Source: an uncultured Ruminococcus sp. (lineage in GTDB: Bacteria > Bacillota > Clostridia > Oscillospirales > CAG-272). Taken from it: DNA of 59,942 nt. Each line of letters opens with the position of its first letter. Position 1 is the first letter of the stretch. Location: contig URUL01000002.1 of the NCBI GenBank assembly GCA_900551005.1, positions 1 through 59,942 of the forward strand. The letters run 5' to 3'. A program made the position numbers and the translations under genes. Positions 47,379 through 55,501 of the stretch are shown piece after piece. A model generated the notes under the pieces. It did no database searches. It was not told where the DNA came from and saw only the letters and a list, made by a program, of their open reading frames with translations.

Positions 47379-47407
47379 ATTTTATCACAAAGATTTGATT
47401 TTGTAAA
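47379..47407 (-). promoter_or_regulatory. promoter of the repressor-ATPase operon (TTTACA, 17-nt spacer, TGaTAAAAT on the minus strand)
   Basis: Reverse complement of 47402-47407 is TTTACA and of 47379-47384 is TAAAAT, with TG at -15/-14. About 70 nt upstream of the repressor ATG. Confidence 0.6.
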
Positions 47408-47471
47408 TAGGTTTTTGAAAATATTTTATATTTTACGGTAAAAATATTGATGAAATTTATAAAAACCTATT
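47406..47471. promoter_or_regulatory. candidate operator: perfect 11-bp inverted repeat AATAGGTTTTT / AAAAACCTATT bridging the two divergent promoters
   Basis: Arms at 47406-47416 and 47461-47471. The left arm overlaps the -35 of the minus-strand promoter by 2 bp and the right arm overlaps the -35 of the plus-strand promoter by 2 bp. Internal palindrome AAAATATTTT at 47418-47427. Confidence 0.5.
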
Positions 47472-47498
47472 GACAAAACGCAAATCGCGTAGTATAAT
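47470..47498 (+). promoter_or_regulatory. perfect-consensus sigma-A promoter (TTGACA, 17-nt spacer, TATAAT) for the membrane protein/radical SAM operon
   Basis: TTGACA at 47470-47475 and TATAAT at 47493-47498, spacer exactly 17 nt, about 60 nt upstream of ATG 47560. Confidence 0.7.
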
Positions 47499-47559
47499 CA
47501 AAATACAAATTATATTTGACGGTAATTTTTATACATAAATATAAATTCGGAGGGCGAAA

Positions 47560-47877
47560 ATGATCACAGAAAACGGATTTGAAATAATAGATGGTTGTAT
47601 AGTTTATGAATACGAAGCTGTATGTCCGAATTATGCCGAAAAGAAAAAGGCGTCGCACGGTCTTTTTGCCGCACTTTTTGCTTTGTTTTCCACTGTATTT
47701 GCTTTCATGGAAAATCTGCTCTGCATATTCATTGCGAGCATGATAATCTCATCGAAGAAAATACGCTTTGCTTTAAAGAAGAAAAAGCTTGTGCAGGTAT
47801 TCGCATGCATCGGCATATTTGCTTTTTGCTCCGCTTTTACGCTTATCGGTGTGGAGCTTGCCATACTTTTGGTGTAA
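47560..47877 (+). CDS. small membrane protein (hypothetical)
   Basis: 105 aa. GGAGGG RBS 5 nt before the ATG. Soluble about 30-aa N-terminus, then two long hydrophobic helices separated by a KKIRFALKKKK loop. No family recognised. Confidence 0.55.
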   Translation: MITENGFEIIDGCIVYEYEAVCPNYAEKKKASHGLFAALFALFSTVFAFMENLLCIFIASMIISSKKIRFALKKKKLVQVFACIGIFAFCSAFTLIGVELAILLV

Positions 47878-47880
47878 AAA

Positions 47881-48756
47881 ATGCACGAGGCAGAAGCGAA
47901 GTGTATATTGTCGTCCCATGGGCGCATGAATCCGTATCGCGGATGCTCGCATGGCTGCATTTACTGCGATTCGCGCAGTAAATGCTATGGGTTTGCTCAT
48001 GATTTTTCGGATGTGGAGGTAAAGGTCAATGCACCGGAGCTTCTCGAAAATGCACTTTTGCATAAACGGAAACGCTCGATGATCGGAACGGGCAGTATGT
48101 GTGACCCGTATCAGGATGCTGAGGAAAAATACAGAATAACGGAAAAATGTGCGCTTATCGCCGAAAAATACGGCTTCGGCTTTACCTTTATTACGAAAAG
48201 TTCGCGGTGTTTGCGCGATATCGATATTTTCAGCTGTATAAATGAGAAAACGAAATGTGTTGTGCAGATGACGCTTACCACATCGGATACGAATGTATGC
48301 CGTATACTCGAGCCGAATGTCTCGGACACATATGAAAGAGCCGAAGCTCTCGAGCGCTTTAAAAATGCGGGAATCCCCTCTGTCGTTTGGCTTTCTCCTT
48401 TTTTGCCGTATATTAACGACACCGAGGAAAATCTGCGCTCGCTTCTTGAGATCTGCGCGGCAGTAGGTGTGAGACATATCGTAAATTTTGGAATCGGGCT
48501 TACTCTTCGCGAAGGAAGCAGAGAGTATTTCTATCGCGAGCTGGACCGGCATTTTCCGGGGCTATCCGATAGATATAGGCATGATTTCGGCGATTCTTAT
48601 GTGTGCGCAAGCCAAAATAATGACAGGCTGATGCGTATATTTACGGATTTTTGCGACAAGTACGGCATGGGCTCCGATCCCGGACATGCGTTTGCTTATC
48701 TCGGTGAATTCGAGGATAAGCGCATGGGAAATCAGCTCGCTCTTGACATCTTTTGA
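47881..48756 (+). CDS. SPL-family (COG1533, SplB / DNA repair photolyase-like) radical SAM protein
   Basis: 291 aa. Signature NPYRGCSHGCIYCDSR (CxxxCxxC) characteristic of this subfamily. Starts 3 nt after the preceding stop. Confidence 0.8.
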   Translation: MHEAEAKCILSSHGRMNPYRGCSHGCIYCDSRSKCYGFAHDFSDVEVKVNAPELLENALLHKRKRSMIGTGSMCDPYQDAEEKYRITEKCALIAEKYGFGFTFITKSSRCLRDIDIFSCINEKTKCVVQMTLTTSDTNVCRILEPNVSDTYERAEALERFKNAGIPSVVWLSPFLPYINDTEENLRSLLEICAAVGVRHIVNFGIGLTLREGSREYFYRELDRHFPGLSDRYRHDFGDSYVCASQNNDRLMRIFTDFCDKYGMGSDPGHAFAYLGEFEDKRMGNQLALDIF

Positions 48757-48860
48757 TTTCGCCGGTATGATTGCGGATATCGAGACCGTCAAGAGAGAGG
48801 GATAATGATAGAAAAGCCGACAAGACAGTGATATACAGTGATATAAAAATCTCTTCAAAA

Positions 48861-48898
48861 GTGAAAGGCTCCTTGCGCTTTGGCAAGGAGCCTTTCAC
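48861..48898 (-). terminator. terminator hairpin downstream of the glycosylase gene
   Basis: GTGAAAGGCTCCTTGC / GCAAGGAGCCTTTCAC 16-bp stem, followed on the minus strand by TTTTGAAG. Confidence 0.7.
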
Positions 48899-48909
48899 CT
48901 ATGTGTGAA

Positions 48910-49437
48910 TTATAATATGATTTTCCATTCCTCTGTCAGCTTTTCAAGTGATGCGGAAGCATTGGCAGGGCTGGTGGAGGGAAGCTTTACTGCCGCCATG
49001 CCTGTCTTGGGCAGGATGTATTTATCATAAAGGCGGGCGGCTGTTCCGCCGTTTACAAATATGCGCGATATCTTGCTTTTGGAGAGGATTTCGGAAATAT
49101 CGTTGGGCACGGCATTTTTGATGGAGCTGTCGGAAGAACCGCTTATTTCGCATGATGCGATGACATCCCACAGCGCGATTCCGTTTCTCAGTAACATAGA
49201 GCGCTTTTCCTCGGCGGTCTCGGGAACATTTTCCCCGAAAAGACCGGAAAGAACACGCCAGAATCGATTCTGCGGATGCGCATAAAAGAATGCCGCCTCA
49301 CGCGATTTCACGGAAGGAAAGCTACCGAGAATAAGGATGCGTGAATTTTCATCCCATATCGGCGCGATATTGTGCACTGCGTGCTCGCTTGCGGGGCAGA
49401 CTGCACCGTTTGCCATAAGAAGCGCGTACTTGACCAT
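48910..49437 (-). CDS. UDG-superfamily DNA glycosylase of the deoxyinosine/hypoxanthine (family 6-like) type
   Basis: 175 aa. ILILGSFPSVKSREAAFFYAHPQNRFWRVL matches the DNA-deoxyinosine glycosylase pattern; C-terminal LPSTSPAN. Confidence 0.75.
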   Translation of the reverse strand: MVKYALLMANGAVCPASEHAVHNIAPIWDENSRILILGSFPSVKSREAAFFYAHPQNRFWRVLSGLFGENVPETAEEKRSMLLRNGIALWDVIASCEISGSSDSSIKNAVPNDISEILSKSKISRIFVNGGTAARLYDKYILPKTGMAAVKLPSTSPANASASLEKLTEEWKIIL

Positions 49438-49455
49438 GCAGAATATATTTCCCGT

Positions 49456-49806
49456 TCACGCAAAACGCGAATTGTCGGAAAAATCATCGTCCGAGCTAAT
49501 CCACATCAGCCGAATTTCATTGCCGGAAACATTTTTTTCGTGAATAAGCGTGCCGCTCCAGAATTCGAGAAGCAATTCCTCCTCGCAATAAGTCAAATCC
49601 ATGAGATGCGAGATCTTTATGTCATCGCGTGAGATCGCGGTTTCCTCAAAAAGCTCGCGATATGCCGCTTCCTCGCTCATTTCGCCGGGCTCTATCTTGC
49701 CGCCTACGAAATTCAGCTTGCCTTGATGCGGCGCTTTTTTTCGCAGACACATGAGAATTTTGCTCCTGTCGGGCGAAAAGACAAGTATAAGATTACATTT
49801 TTTCAT
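49456..49806 (-). CDS. NUDIX hydrolase
   Basis: Nudix box GGKIEPGEMSEEAAYRELFEETA. Start set at ATG 49806 (MKKCNLILVF); the track start is a GTG at 49839 that overlaps the AraC gene. Confidence 0.85.
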   Translation of the reverse strand: MKKCNLILVFSPDRSKILMCLRKKAPHQGKLNFVGGKIEPGEMSEEAAYRELFEETAISRDDIKISHLMDLTYCEEELLLEFWSGTLIHEKNVSGNEIRLMWISSDDDFSDNSRFA

Positions 49807-49813
49807 TTCAAAT

Positions 49814-50608
49814 TCACTTCCCGCGTTTTCGGTATTCACCTGTCGTTATTCCCGCTGTCTTGCGAAACTGACGGCAAAAATAAGCGCAATCATAAAAGCC
49901 GAGCAGGCTTGATATATGTTCTATGGTATAGTCTGAAGTATCGAGAAGCAGCTTTGCCTTGCTTATTTTTGCTTTCATCAGATATTCGGAAAACGGAATC
50001 CCGACGACGGATGAAAATAGTTTGCCGAAATAATCGGCGCTGTAGCCGTATACTTTTGCCGTTTCCGAGAGCGAACCGATATTTTCGGGAGAAAAGTCCA
50101 TTTGTTCTGTCAGCTTCTTGATCATGGCGTCGTGCGGTGCTTCTATGATAGGGGAAGGCGCTTTGGGCGAGCCGCCGAAAAACTCTGTCAGCGCGCAGTG
50201 CAGAAATTCTGCCGCACTTTCGTTTTCACCTTTATTATAATAGAAAATAACGCGGCGAAGCAGGCGCGAATAAAACTCGGCATCGGGTATCGTTTTGCAG
50301 AGAGTTTTTTTCGGAAAGGCGGCTATATTCCGCGGTGAGAAGTGAACATTAAGCGCAAGCAGACGGTCATTTATATCGTGGGAAGCATTATAGCGTGTAT
50401 TCGGGCAGAGCAGGAAGCTCTTTCCGGCGGATATCTCCATAGGCTCTCCGCCACACACTATCATGCCTTTTCCGCGCAGAACCGTCCACAGGTCATAATC
50501 TGAAAATCCCGCCGTATTCCAGCTCCAATCCGCCGGGCAGTCCGATATACCGCAGGAATTGATTCTGATGTCAAGTTCATGTAAGGCTTCTTCCATCGTT
50601 TCCTCCAA
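49814..50608 (-). CDS. AraC-family transcriptional regulator (cupin sensor + HTH)
   Basis: 264 aa. N-terminal cupin-like domain, C-terminal double HTH (…IEHISSLLGFYDCAYFCRQFRKTAGITTGEYRK). Confidence 0.88.
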   Translation of the reverse strand: MEETMEEALHELDIRINSCGISDCPADWSWNTAGFSDYDLWTVLRGKGMIVCGGEPMEISAGKSFLLCPNTRYNASHDINDRLLALNVHFSPRNIAAFPKKTLCKTIPDAEFYSRLLRRVIFYYNKGENESAAEFLHCALTEFFGGSPKAPSPIIEAPHDAMIKKLTEQMDFSPENIGSLSETAKVYGYSADYFGKLFSSVVGIPFSEYLMKAKISKAKLLLDTSDYTIEHISSLLGFYDCAYFCRQFRKTAGITTGEYRKRGK

Positions 50609-50770
50609 AAAAAGTTCTCATGCCGTAATAATACAATAAATTTTCCCCGCAGTCAATAGATAATGCGTTTTTTCTGTGGTAAAATAAAAATAAATACGGC
50701 TTTTTTAAAAAACACCAACCTTTTGATTTTTTACGCCACTATATAGGAAAACGACGTCGGAGCAATAAAA

Positions 50771-51274
50771 ATGAATAAGCTGAAAGCGGACAGATTGATA
50801 ACGGAATATCTCGAAAAGATATATGGACTTGCCTGCAAAAAGGCATTTTCCCATGACGAGGCGGAGGAAATTTCTTCATTTCTTGTCGAGCGTCTGTATA
50901 TCTCGCTTCTTGAATATAAGGAGAAGATATACAATATCAAGGGCTTTATAGGGAGGCTATGCGAACACAACTTTGCAAAATTCGTGTCGGAAAACAAGCT
51001 TCGAGAAGGGATTTCAACAGGCGGAGCCGATATTCCTTATAACGAGCCTTTTTTCGATGAGCTTGACGGCGCGAAGGCAGAGATCCTTCGTCTGCGCCGC
51101 GAAATTCTCTACAAAAACGGCACCTTCAAGTCACTTACCGAAAAAGAGAAAGAGACATCACAGCTTGTCATGTTTGCGGACAAGCTCCGCAGCAAGAAGA
51201 ACAAAACGGACAAAAGCAAAAGACCGACGGATTTTCCGTCGGTCTTTTGCTTTTGCTGTATTCAGATAATATAA
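50771..51274 (+). CDS. sigma-70 region-2-like protein lacking a recognisable region-4 HTH (possibly decayed ECF-type sigma factor)
   Basis: 167 aa. The N-terminal about 75 aa resembles sigma region 2 (…EEISSFLVERLYISLLEYKEKIYNIKGFIGRLCEHNFAKFV). The tail is Lys-rich and is translated through the terminator hairpin. GGAG RBS. Confidence 0.35.
   Translation: MNKLKADRLITEYLEKIYGLACKKAFSHDEAEEISSFLVERLYISLLEYKEKIYNIKGFIGRLCEHNFAKFVSENKLREGISTGGADIPYNEPFFDELDGAKAEILRLRREILYKNGTFKSLTEKEKETSQLVMFADKLRSKKNKTDKSKRPTDFPSVFCFCCIQII
51218..51248. terminator. bidirectional rho-independent terminator between convergent genes
   Basis: AAAAGACCGACGG-ATTTT-CCGTCGGTCTTTT. Confidence 0.8.
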
Positions 51275-51687
51275 TCGCAGTTTTCGGGTACTTTTATCAG
51301 GTCTGCTACCGTGACGCCGTCAAAAAATTCATTTGTCATCCGGCAATAATCGCGCCACATCGGGAGCGTACGGCAGTACGAGGCGCGCGGGCAGGGCGGT
51401 GCTCCCTCGGAAAGGCATGCTACAGGAGCGAGTTCTCCCTCTGTCAGCCGCAAAATCTCACCCACGGTATATTCTCCCGGCTCGCGGCAAAGCCGATAGC
51501 CGCCGCCCTTGCCGTGGATACCCTCAATAAGCGCTCCGCGTGCAAGCAGAGGCATGATCTTTTCGATATATTTGAGCGAAATCTCCTGTCTTTCCGCTAT
51601 TTCGCGCAGCGGTATATATCTGCCGTTTCCGTGCTCCGCCAGATCTATCATGACTCTGAGGGCGTATCTTCCGCGTGTTGATATCAT
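51262..51687 (-). CDS. Rrf2-family transcriptional regulator (CymR/IscR-like)
   Basis: 141 aa. MISTRGRYALRVMIDLAEH...; HTH REIAERQEISLKYIEKIM; Cys residues in the C-terminal half. Immediately downstream of cysK. Confidence 0.88.
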   Translation of the reverse strand: MISTRGRYALRVMIDLAEHGNGRYIPLREIAERQEISLKYIEKIMPLLARGALIEGIHGKGGGYRLCREPGEYTVGEILRLTEGELAPVACLSEGAPPCPRASYCRTLPMWRDYCRMTNEFFDGVTVADLIKVPENCDYII

Positions 51688-51752
51688 ATCGATCTCTTTT
51701 CTTGCTTTTAAATTTGTCTGATGTTTTCCCTGTGATATCTCATTTGTTTAGC

Positions 51753-52685
51753 TCAGTCGGCAAAAAGTGGGGTGGAAAGATATCGGTCACCTGTATCGGG
51801 AAGAAGGACGACAATGGTCTTTCCCTCGTTTTCGGGCTTTTTCGCAAGCTCTATCGCAGCCCATACGGCGGCACCCGAAGAAATACCTACAAGCACGCCC
51901 TCACTTTTTCCTATCATTTTTCCTGTGGCAAAGGCATCCTCGTTTGACACAGGGATTATTTCATCATAAATCTTTGTATCGAGAACATCGGGAATAAATC
52001 CCGCACCGATGCCCTGTATCTTATGCGGACCCGCTACGCCTGTTGAGAGTACGGCGGATGATGCAGGCTCAACGGCAACGATCTTGACGGAGGGGATCCT
52101 TGATTTCAGATATTTTCCGACGCCTGTTATCGTTCCTCCCGTTCCGACTCCGGCAACAAAATAGTCAACCTTGCCATCTGTATCGTCATAAATTTCCGGA
52201 CCTGTATGTTCAAAGTGCGCCTTCGGATTTGCAGGATTTACAAATTGCCCGGGGATGAAACTGTCGGGAATCTCTCGCGCAAGCTCTTCCGCCTTTGCTA
52301 TGGCGCCCTTCATGCCCTTTGCGCCGTCGGAGAGAACAAGCTCGGCACCATAGGCTTTCATGAGCTGGCGTCGCTCGACAGACATCGTCTCGGGCATGAC
52401 GATGATGATACGATAGCCTCTTGCAGCGGCAACGGAAGCAAGACCTATGCCTGTATTACCGGAGGTCGGCTCGATGATCACGGAGCCTTTCTTGAGAAGC
52501 CCTTTTTCCTCTGCATCGTCGATCATTGCCTTCGCCACTCTGTCCTTGACAGAGCCTGCGGGATTGAAATATTCGAGTTTTGCTATGATTTTGGCTTTCA
52601 GGCTGAGCTTTTCTTCGATATGTGTGAGCTCAAGAAGCGGTGTTTTGCCGATGAGCTCGTCGGCTGATTTATAGATTGCGGACAT
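51753..52685 (-). CDS. cysK: cysteine synthase A (O-acetylserine sulfhydrylase)
   Basis: Start set at [20 protein letters not shown] (ATG 52685, AGGAGG 6 nt upstream). PLP-lysine region NPAGSVKDR, and GTGGT and SSGA motifs. Confidence 0.93.
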   Translation of the reverse strand: MSAIYKSADELIGKTPLLELTHIEEKLSLKAKIIAKLEYFNPAGSVKDRVAKAMIDDAEEKGLLKKGSVIIEPTSGNTGIGLASVAAARGYRIIIVMPETMSVERRQLMKAYGAELVLSDGAKGMKGAIAKAEELAREIPDSFIPGQFVNPANPKAHFEHTGPEIYDDTDGKVDYFVAGVGTGGTITGVGKYLKSRIPSVKIVAVEPASSAVLSTGVAGPHKIQGIGAGFIPDVLDTKIYDEIIPVSNEDAFATGKMIGKSEGVLVGISSGAAVWAAIELAKKPENEGKTIVVLLPDTGDRYLSTPLFAD

Positions 52686-52903
52686 GATGATCCTCCTGTT
52701 TTTTGAAAATTTGTCGGTATTACCTACCAACATAGTGTGCAGATATTATAAAACGCCTTTCTTATTTTGTCAATAGTTTTACCGAAAAAAATTCGGAAAT
52801 ATTCTGCGAAACTCTCACAGCCTGTTTTTTTCGCTGCAGCTATTGATAATAACATAAAAATATGATATAAAATATATATCACGATAGAAAAAAACGAGGT
52901 GCC

Positions 52904-53962
52904 ATGAAAAATCTAATTTTTGTAAACGGAACGATGGGCGCGGGCAAGACCGCGACGTGCAAGGAGCTGAGAGACATACTGAAGCCTGCCGTCTTTCTGG
53001 ACGGAGACTGGTGCTGGGATATGCGCCCATTTACCGTTACCGAGGAAACAAAGTGTATGGTGATGGATAATATATGCCATCTGCTCGCAAATTTTTTGAA
53101 ATGTTCGGAGTATAAAAATGTTATATTCTGCTGGGTAATGGATGAACAGAGCATCATTTACGATATTCTTGCGCGGCTTGAGCTGACCGATGTAAACTAC
53201 AGGCTTTTTACCCTGCAGTTATCGGAGGATGCGCTGGAGAGGCATCTGCGCGCGGACGTGGAAAGCGGGCTGAGATGTGCGGATATTTTTGAAAGAAGCC
53301 GCAAAAGGCTGCCGTCCTATGAGAAGATGAATGGTACCAAGATAGATGTGAGCGAAATATCGGCGCGCGAAGCGGCGGAAAAGATTGCCCGCGAGATGGC
53401 AGTGAGGGAGAAGGAGCCTTCCTTTGAGACCGAACGGCTGATCCTGCGTCCTTGGCGTCAGAGTGACGCTCCTTGTCTCTACAAATATGCGCGCGATCCC
53501 GATGTAGGACCTGCCGCGGGATGGAATGTGCACACAAGCCTTGAAAACAGCAGGGAGATCATAGACAATGTTCTTTCGGCTCTCGGCACGTTTGCCGTCG
53601 TACACAAGGCGAGCGGAGAAGCGATAGGAAGCATAGGTATATTCAAAACTGATGCACAAAGTGCGGAGGAAGGCGAGCTTGAGGTCGGCTTTTGGATAGG
53701 AAAGCCTTACTGGGGACAGGGTCTCATTCCGGAGGCGGTTCATGCGCTTCTGTCCTATTGCTTTGGCCAGCTCGGATGTGGGCGTGTATGGTGCGGATAT
53801 TTCGAGGGCAACGAGAAGTCGCACCGCTGTCAGGAAAAGTGCGGATTCTTGCCGCACCATACGGAAGATGTTTTTTGGAAGATCACGGGAGAAAACAAAA
53901 AAGTCAATTTCATGACGATAACAGCAGAGCGCTTTGCCTCGCTTGACAAAAGCGAAAAATGA
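52904..53962 (+). CDS. fusion protein: N-terminal P-loop NTPase/kinase-like domain + C-terminal GNAT (RimJ/RimL-type) N-acetyltransferase
   Basis: Single 352-aa ORF. Residues about 1-170 have VNGTMGAGKTAT Walker A and DGD. Residues about 180-352 start ETERLILRPWRQSD..., typical of RimJ-like GNATs, and include GFWIGKPYWGQG. Confidence 0.75.
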   Translation: MKNLIFVNGTMGAGKTATCKELRDILKPAVFLDGDWCWDMRPFTVTEETKCMVMDNICHLLANFLKCSEYKNVIFCWVMDEQSIIYDILARLELTDVNYRLFTLQLSEDALERHLRADVESGLRCADIFERSRKRLPSYEKMNGTKIDVSEISAREAAEKIAREMAVREKEPSFETERLILRPWRQSDAPCLYKYARDPDVGPAAGWNVHTSLENSREIIDNVLSALGTFAVVHKASGEAIGSIGIFKTDAQSAEEGELEVGFWIGKPYWGQGLIPEAVHALLSYCFGQLGCGRVWCGYFEGNEKSHRCQEKCGFLPHHTEDVFWKITGENKKVNFMTITAERFASLDKSEK

Positions 53963-54006
53963 TCAAAAGCGGCGTTTTCCATGCAAATATTGATTCGGAG
54001 ATTAGT

Positions 54007-54600
54007 ATGAGAGACACAAGAGAAAAAATCTTACAAAAGGCGCTGAAGCTCTTTGCGGGAAACGGATATGAGGCTGTTTCCGTAAGCGAGATAGCGGGTG
54101 CTCTGGGAATCACCAAGGGCGCTCTCTACCGGCATTATATAAACAAACGCGATATTTTTGACAGTATCTTATCGGAGATGGAGCGCCGCGATGCCGAGAG
54201 AGCTGCCGCTTTTGACCTGCCGGAGGGGACACTTCATGATATGCCTGAAAAATACCGCGCGGCGTCCATGGAAAAGCTGATTGACTTTTGCAAAGCGCAG
54301 TTTGATTACTGGACAAGAGATGAATTTGCTTCCGATTTTCGCAAGCTGCTCACGATAGAGCAATACAGAAGCGATGAGATGATGTCTCTGTACAGACAGT
54401 ATCTTGTGGGAGGTCCGCTCGGATACATAGAGGATCTGCTGTCCGCTATGGGATGTGACGGTCCGCTTGAAAAAGCGGAAAAGCTCTATGCGCACATGTT
54501 CTTTTGCTACAGTCTCTATGACAGCGAGAAGGATAAGGACGGTGTGCGTAAAGCACTTTTTGAGCGGCTCGATGACATGGCAGGAACTTTTCTGCCATAG
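54007..54600 (+). CDS. TetR/AcrR-family transcriptional regulator
   Basis: Start set at MRDTREKILQKALKLFAGNGYEAVSVSEIAGALGITKGALYRHY (classic TetR HTH). Confidence 0.9.
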   Translation: MRDTREKILQKALKLFAGNGYEAVSVSEIAGALGITKGALYRHYINKRDIFDSILSEMERRDAERAAAFDLPEGTLHDMPEKYRAASMEKLIDFCKAQFDYWTRDEFASDFRKLLTIEQYRSDEMMSLYRQYLVGGPLGYIEDLLSAMGCDGPLEKAEKLYAHMFFCYSLYDSEKDKDGVRKALFERLDDMAGTFLP

Positions 54601-54615
54601 AAAGGGTAGCGCAAG

Positions 54616-55458
54616 ATGGAAAGAATCTTGATAGTTGACGGTCAAAAACTGCTTATACTGATGTTTTACTGCATGCCCGCGAGGATAACAAACGAAAAAG
54701 GCATATCGATCGGCGGGACGCTCGGCTTTGTCGGTGCACTGCTGAAAATTATCAGAATGACGTCACCGACGCATGTTGTCGTGCTTTTTGACAGCGAGAC
54801 AAAAAACGGGCGTGGAGAGCTGAATCCCGAATATAAAGCCAACCGCACGGATTTTTCCGATATTCCAGAAGGAGAGACCCCGTTTTCACAGCTTCCGTAT
54901 ATCTATGCGGCGCTTGACTTCCTCGGAGTGGCTTACGCCGAAGCTGTGAACTGTGAGACAGACGACATCATCGCTTCCTATGTTTATACATACGGAGAGA
55001 AATGCAAGATCATCATATCTTCTTTCGACAGCGATTTCTTTCAGCTGATTTCCGAGCACGTATCGGTGCTTCGGTATCGCGGAAGGAATACTCTTATTTT
55101 TACGGATCAGACCGTGCGCGAAAAATTCGGCATAGAGCCATGCAGATACGCGGATTTCAAAGCTATGACGGGAGATACAGCCGATAATATCCGCGGTGCA
55201 GACAAAATAGGACCGAAAACCGCCGCGGAGCTTCTCCTGCAGTTCGGCTCTCTGGAATGTATCATAGAAAATGCGGATAGAATCTGTAAGCCGAGCATCC
55301 GGGCATCTGTTATGCAGAACGCCGAGCGGCTGAGGATGAATTATCGACTGATAAAGCTCGATTCGCATGCTGCCTTGCCCTATGAGAAGGAGAAACTGAT
55401 ATTTTCCGATGCAGGCAGGACGACGGGTGAGATTCTGCATGCTATCGGGCTGAAATAA
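54616..55458 (+). CDS. stand-alone 5'-3' exonuclease (FEN/Pol I N-terminal domain family)
   Basis: 280 aa. ILIVDG, VLFDS, CETDDIIAS, SFDSDFFQL, GDTADNIRGADKIGPKTAAELL (H3TH). Confidence 0.88.
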   Translation: MERILIVDGQKLLILMFYCMPARITNEKGISIGGTLGFVGALLKIIRMTSPTHVVVLFDSETKNGRGELNPEYKANRTDFSDIPEGETPFSQLPYIYAALDFLGVAYAEAVNCETDDIIASYVYTYGEKCKIIISSFDSDFFQLISEHVSVLRYRGRNTLIFTDQTVREKFGIEPCRYADFKAMTGDTADNIRGADKIGPKTAAELLLQFGSLECIIENADRICKPSIRASVMQNAERLRMNYRLIKLDSHAALPYEKEKLIFSDAGRTTGEILHAIGLK

Positions 55459-55490
55459 AAATGAGCAGACGCTCCGTCTGCTCATTTTTA
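55457..55490. terminator. bidirectional rho-independent terminator
   Basis: AAAAATGAGCAGAC-GCTCC-GTCTGCTCATTTTT between the convergent exonuclease and LysR genes. Confidence 0.85.
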
Positions 55491-55501
55491 TTTTCGATTT
55501 T

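Noticed and set aside
46528-47406. 292-aa plus-strand ORF and 259-aa minus-strand ORF (47773..48552) overlapping the repressor and radical SAM genes
   Set aside because: Both are antisense to genes with clear HTH/S24 and CxxxCxxC radical SAM signatures. They have no RBS and a shadow-ORF composition.
47406-47471. Inverted repeat as an invertible promoter (inverton)
   Set aside because: The arms are only 11 bp and enclose just 44 bp. Neither promoter lies wholly inside the repeat, and no recombinase gene is nearby. An operator function fits better.
47516-47545. Second possible promoter (TTGACG, 18-nt spacer, TATAAA) just upstream of the membrane-protein gene
   Set aside because: Its predicted start site would fall inside or after the GGAGGG RBS at 47549-47554, leaving no usable leader. 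It is probably a chance match in AT-rich DNA; only the ACGGTAA repeat was kept as an observation.
48826-48845. Perfect tandem duplication CAGTGATATA CAGTGATATA downstream of the radical SAM gene
   Set aside because: There are only two 10-bp units in a non-coding tail, with no further copies seen in the window and no associated structure. It is most simply a small replication-slippage duplication.
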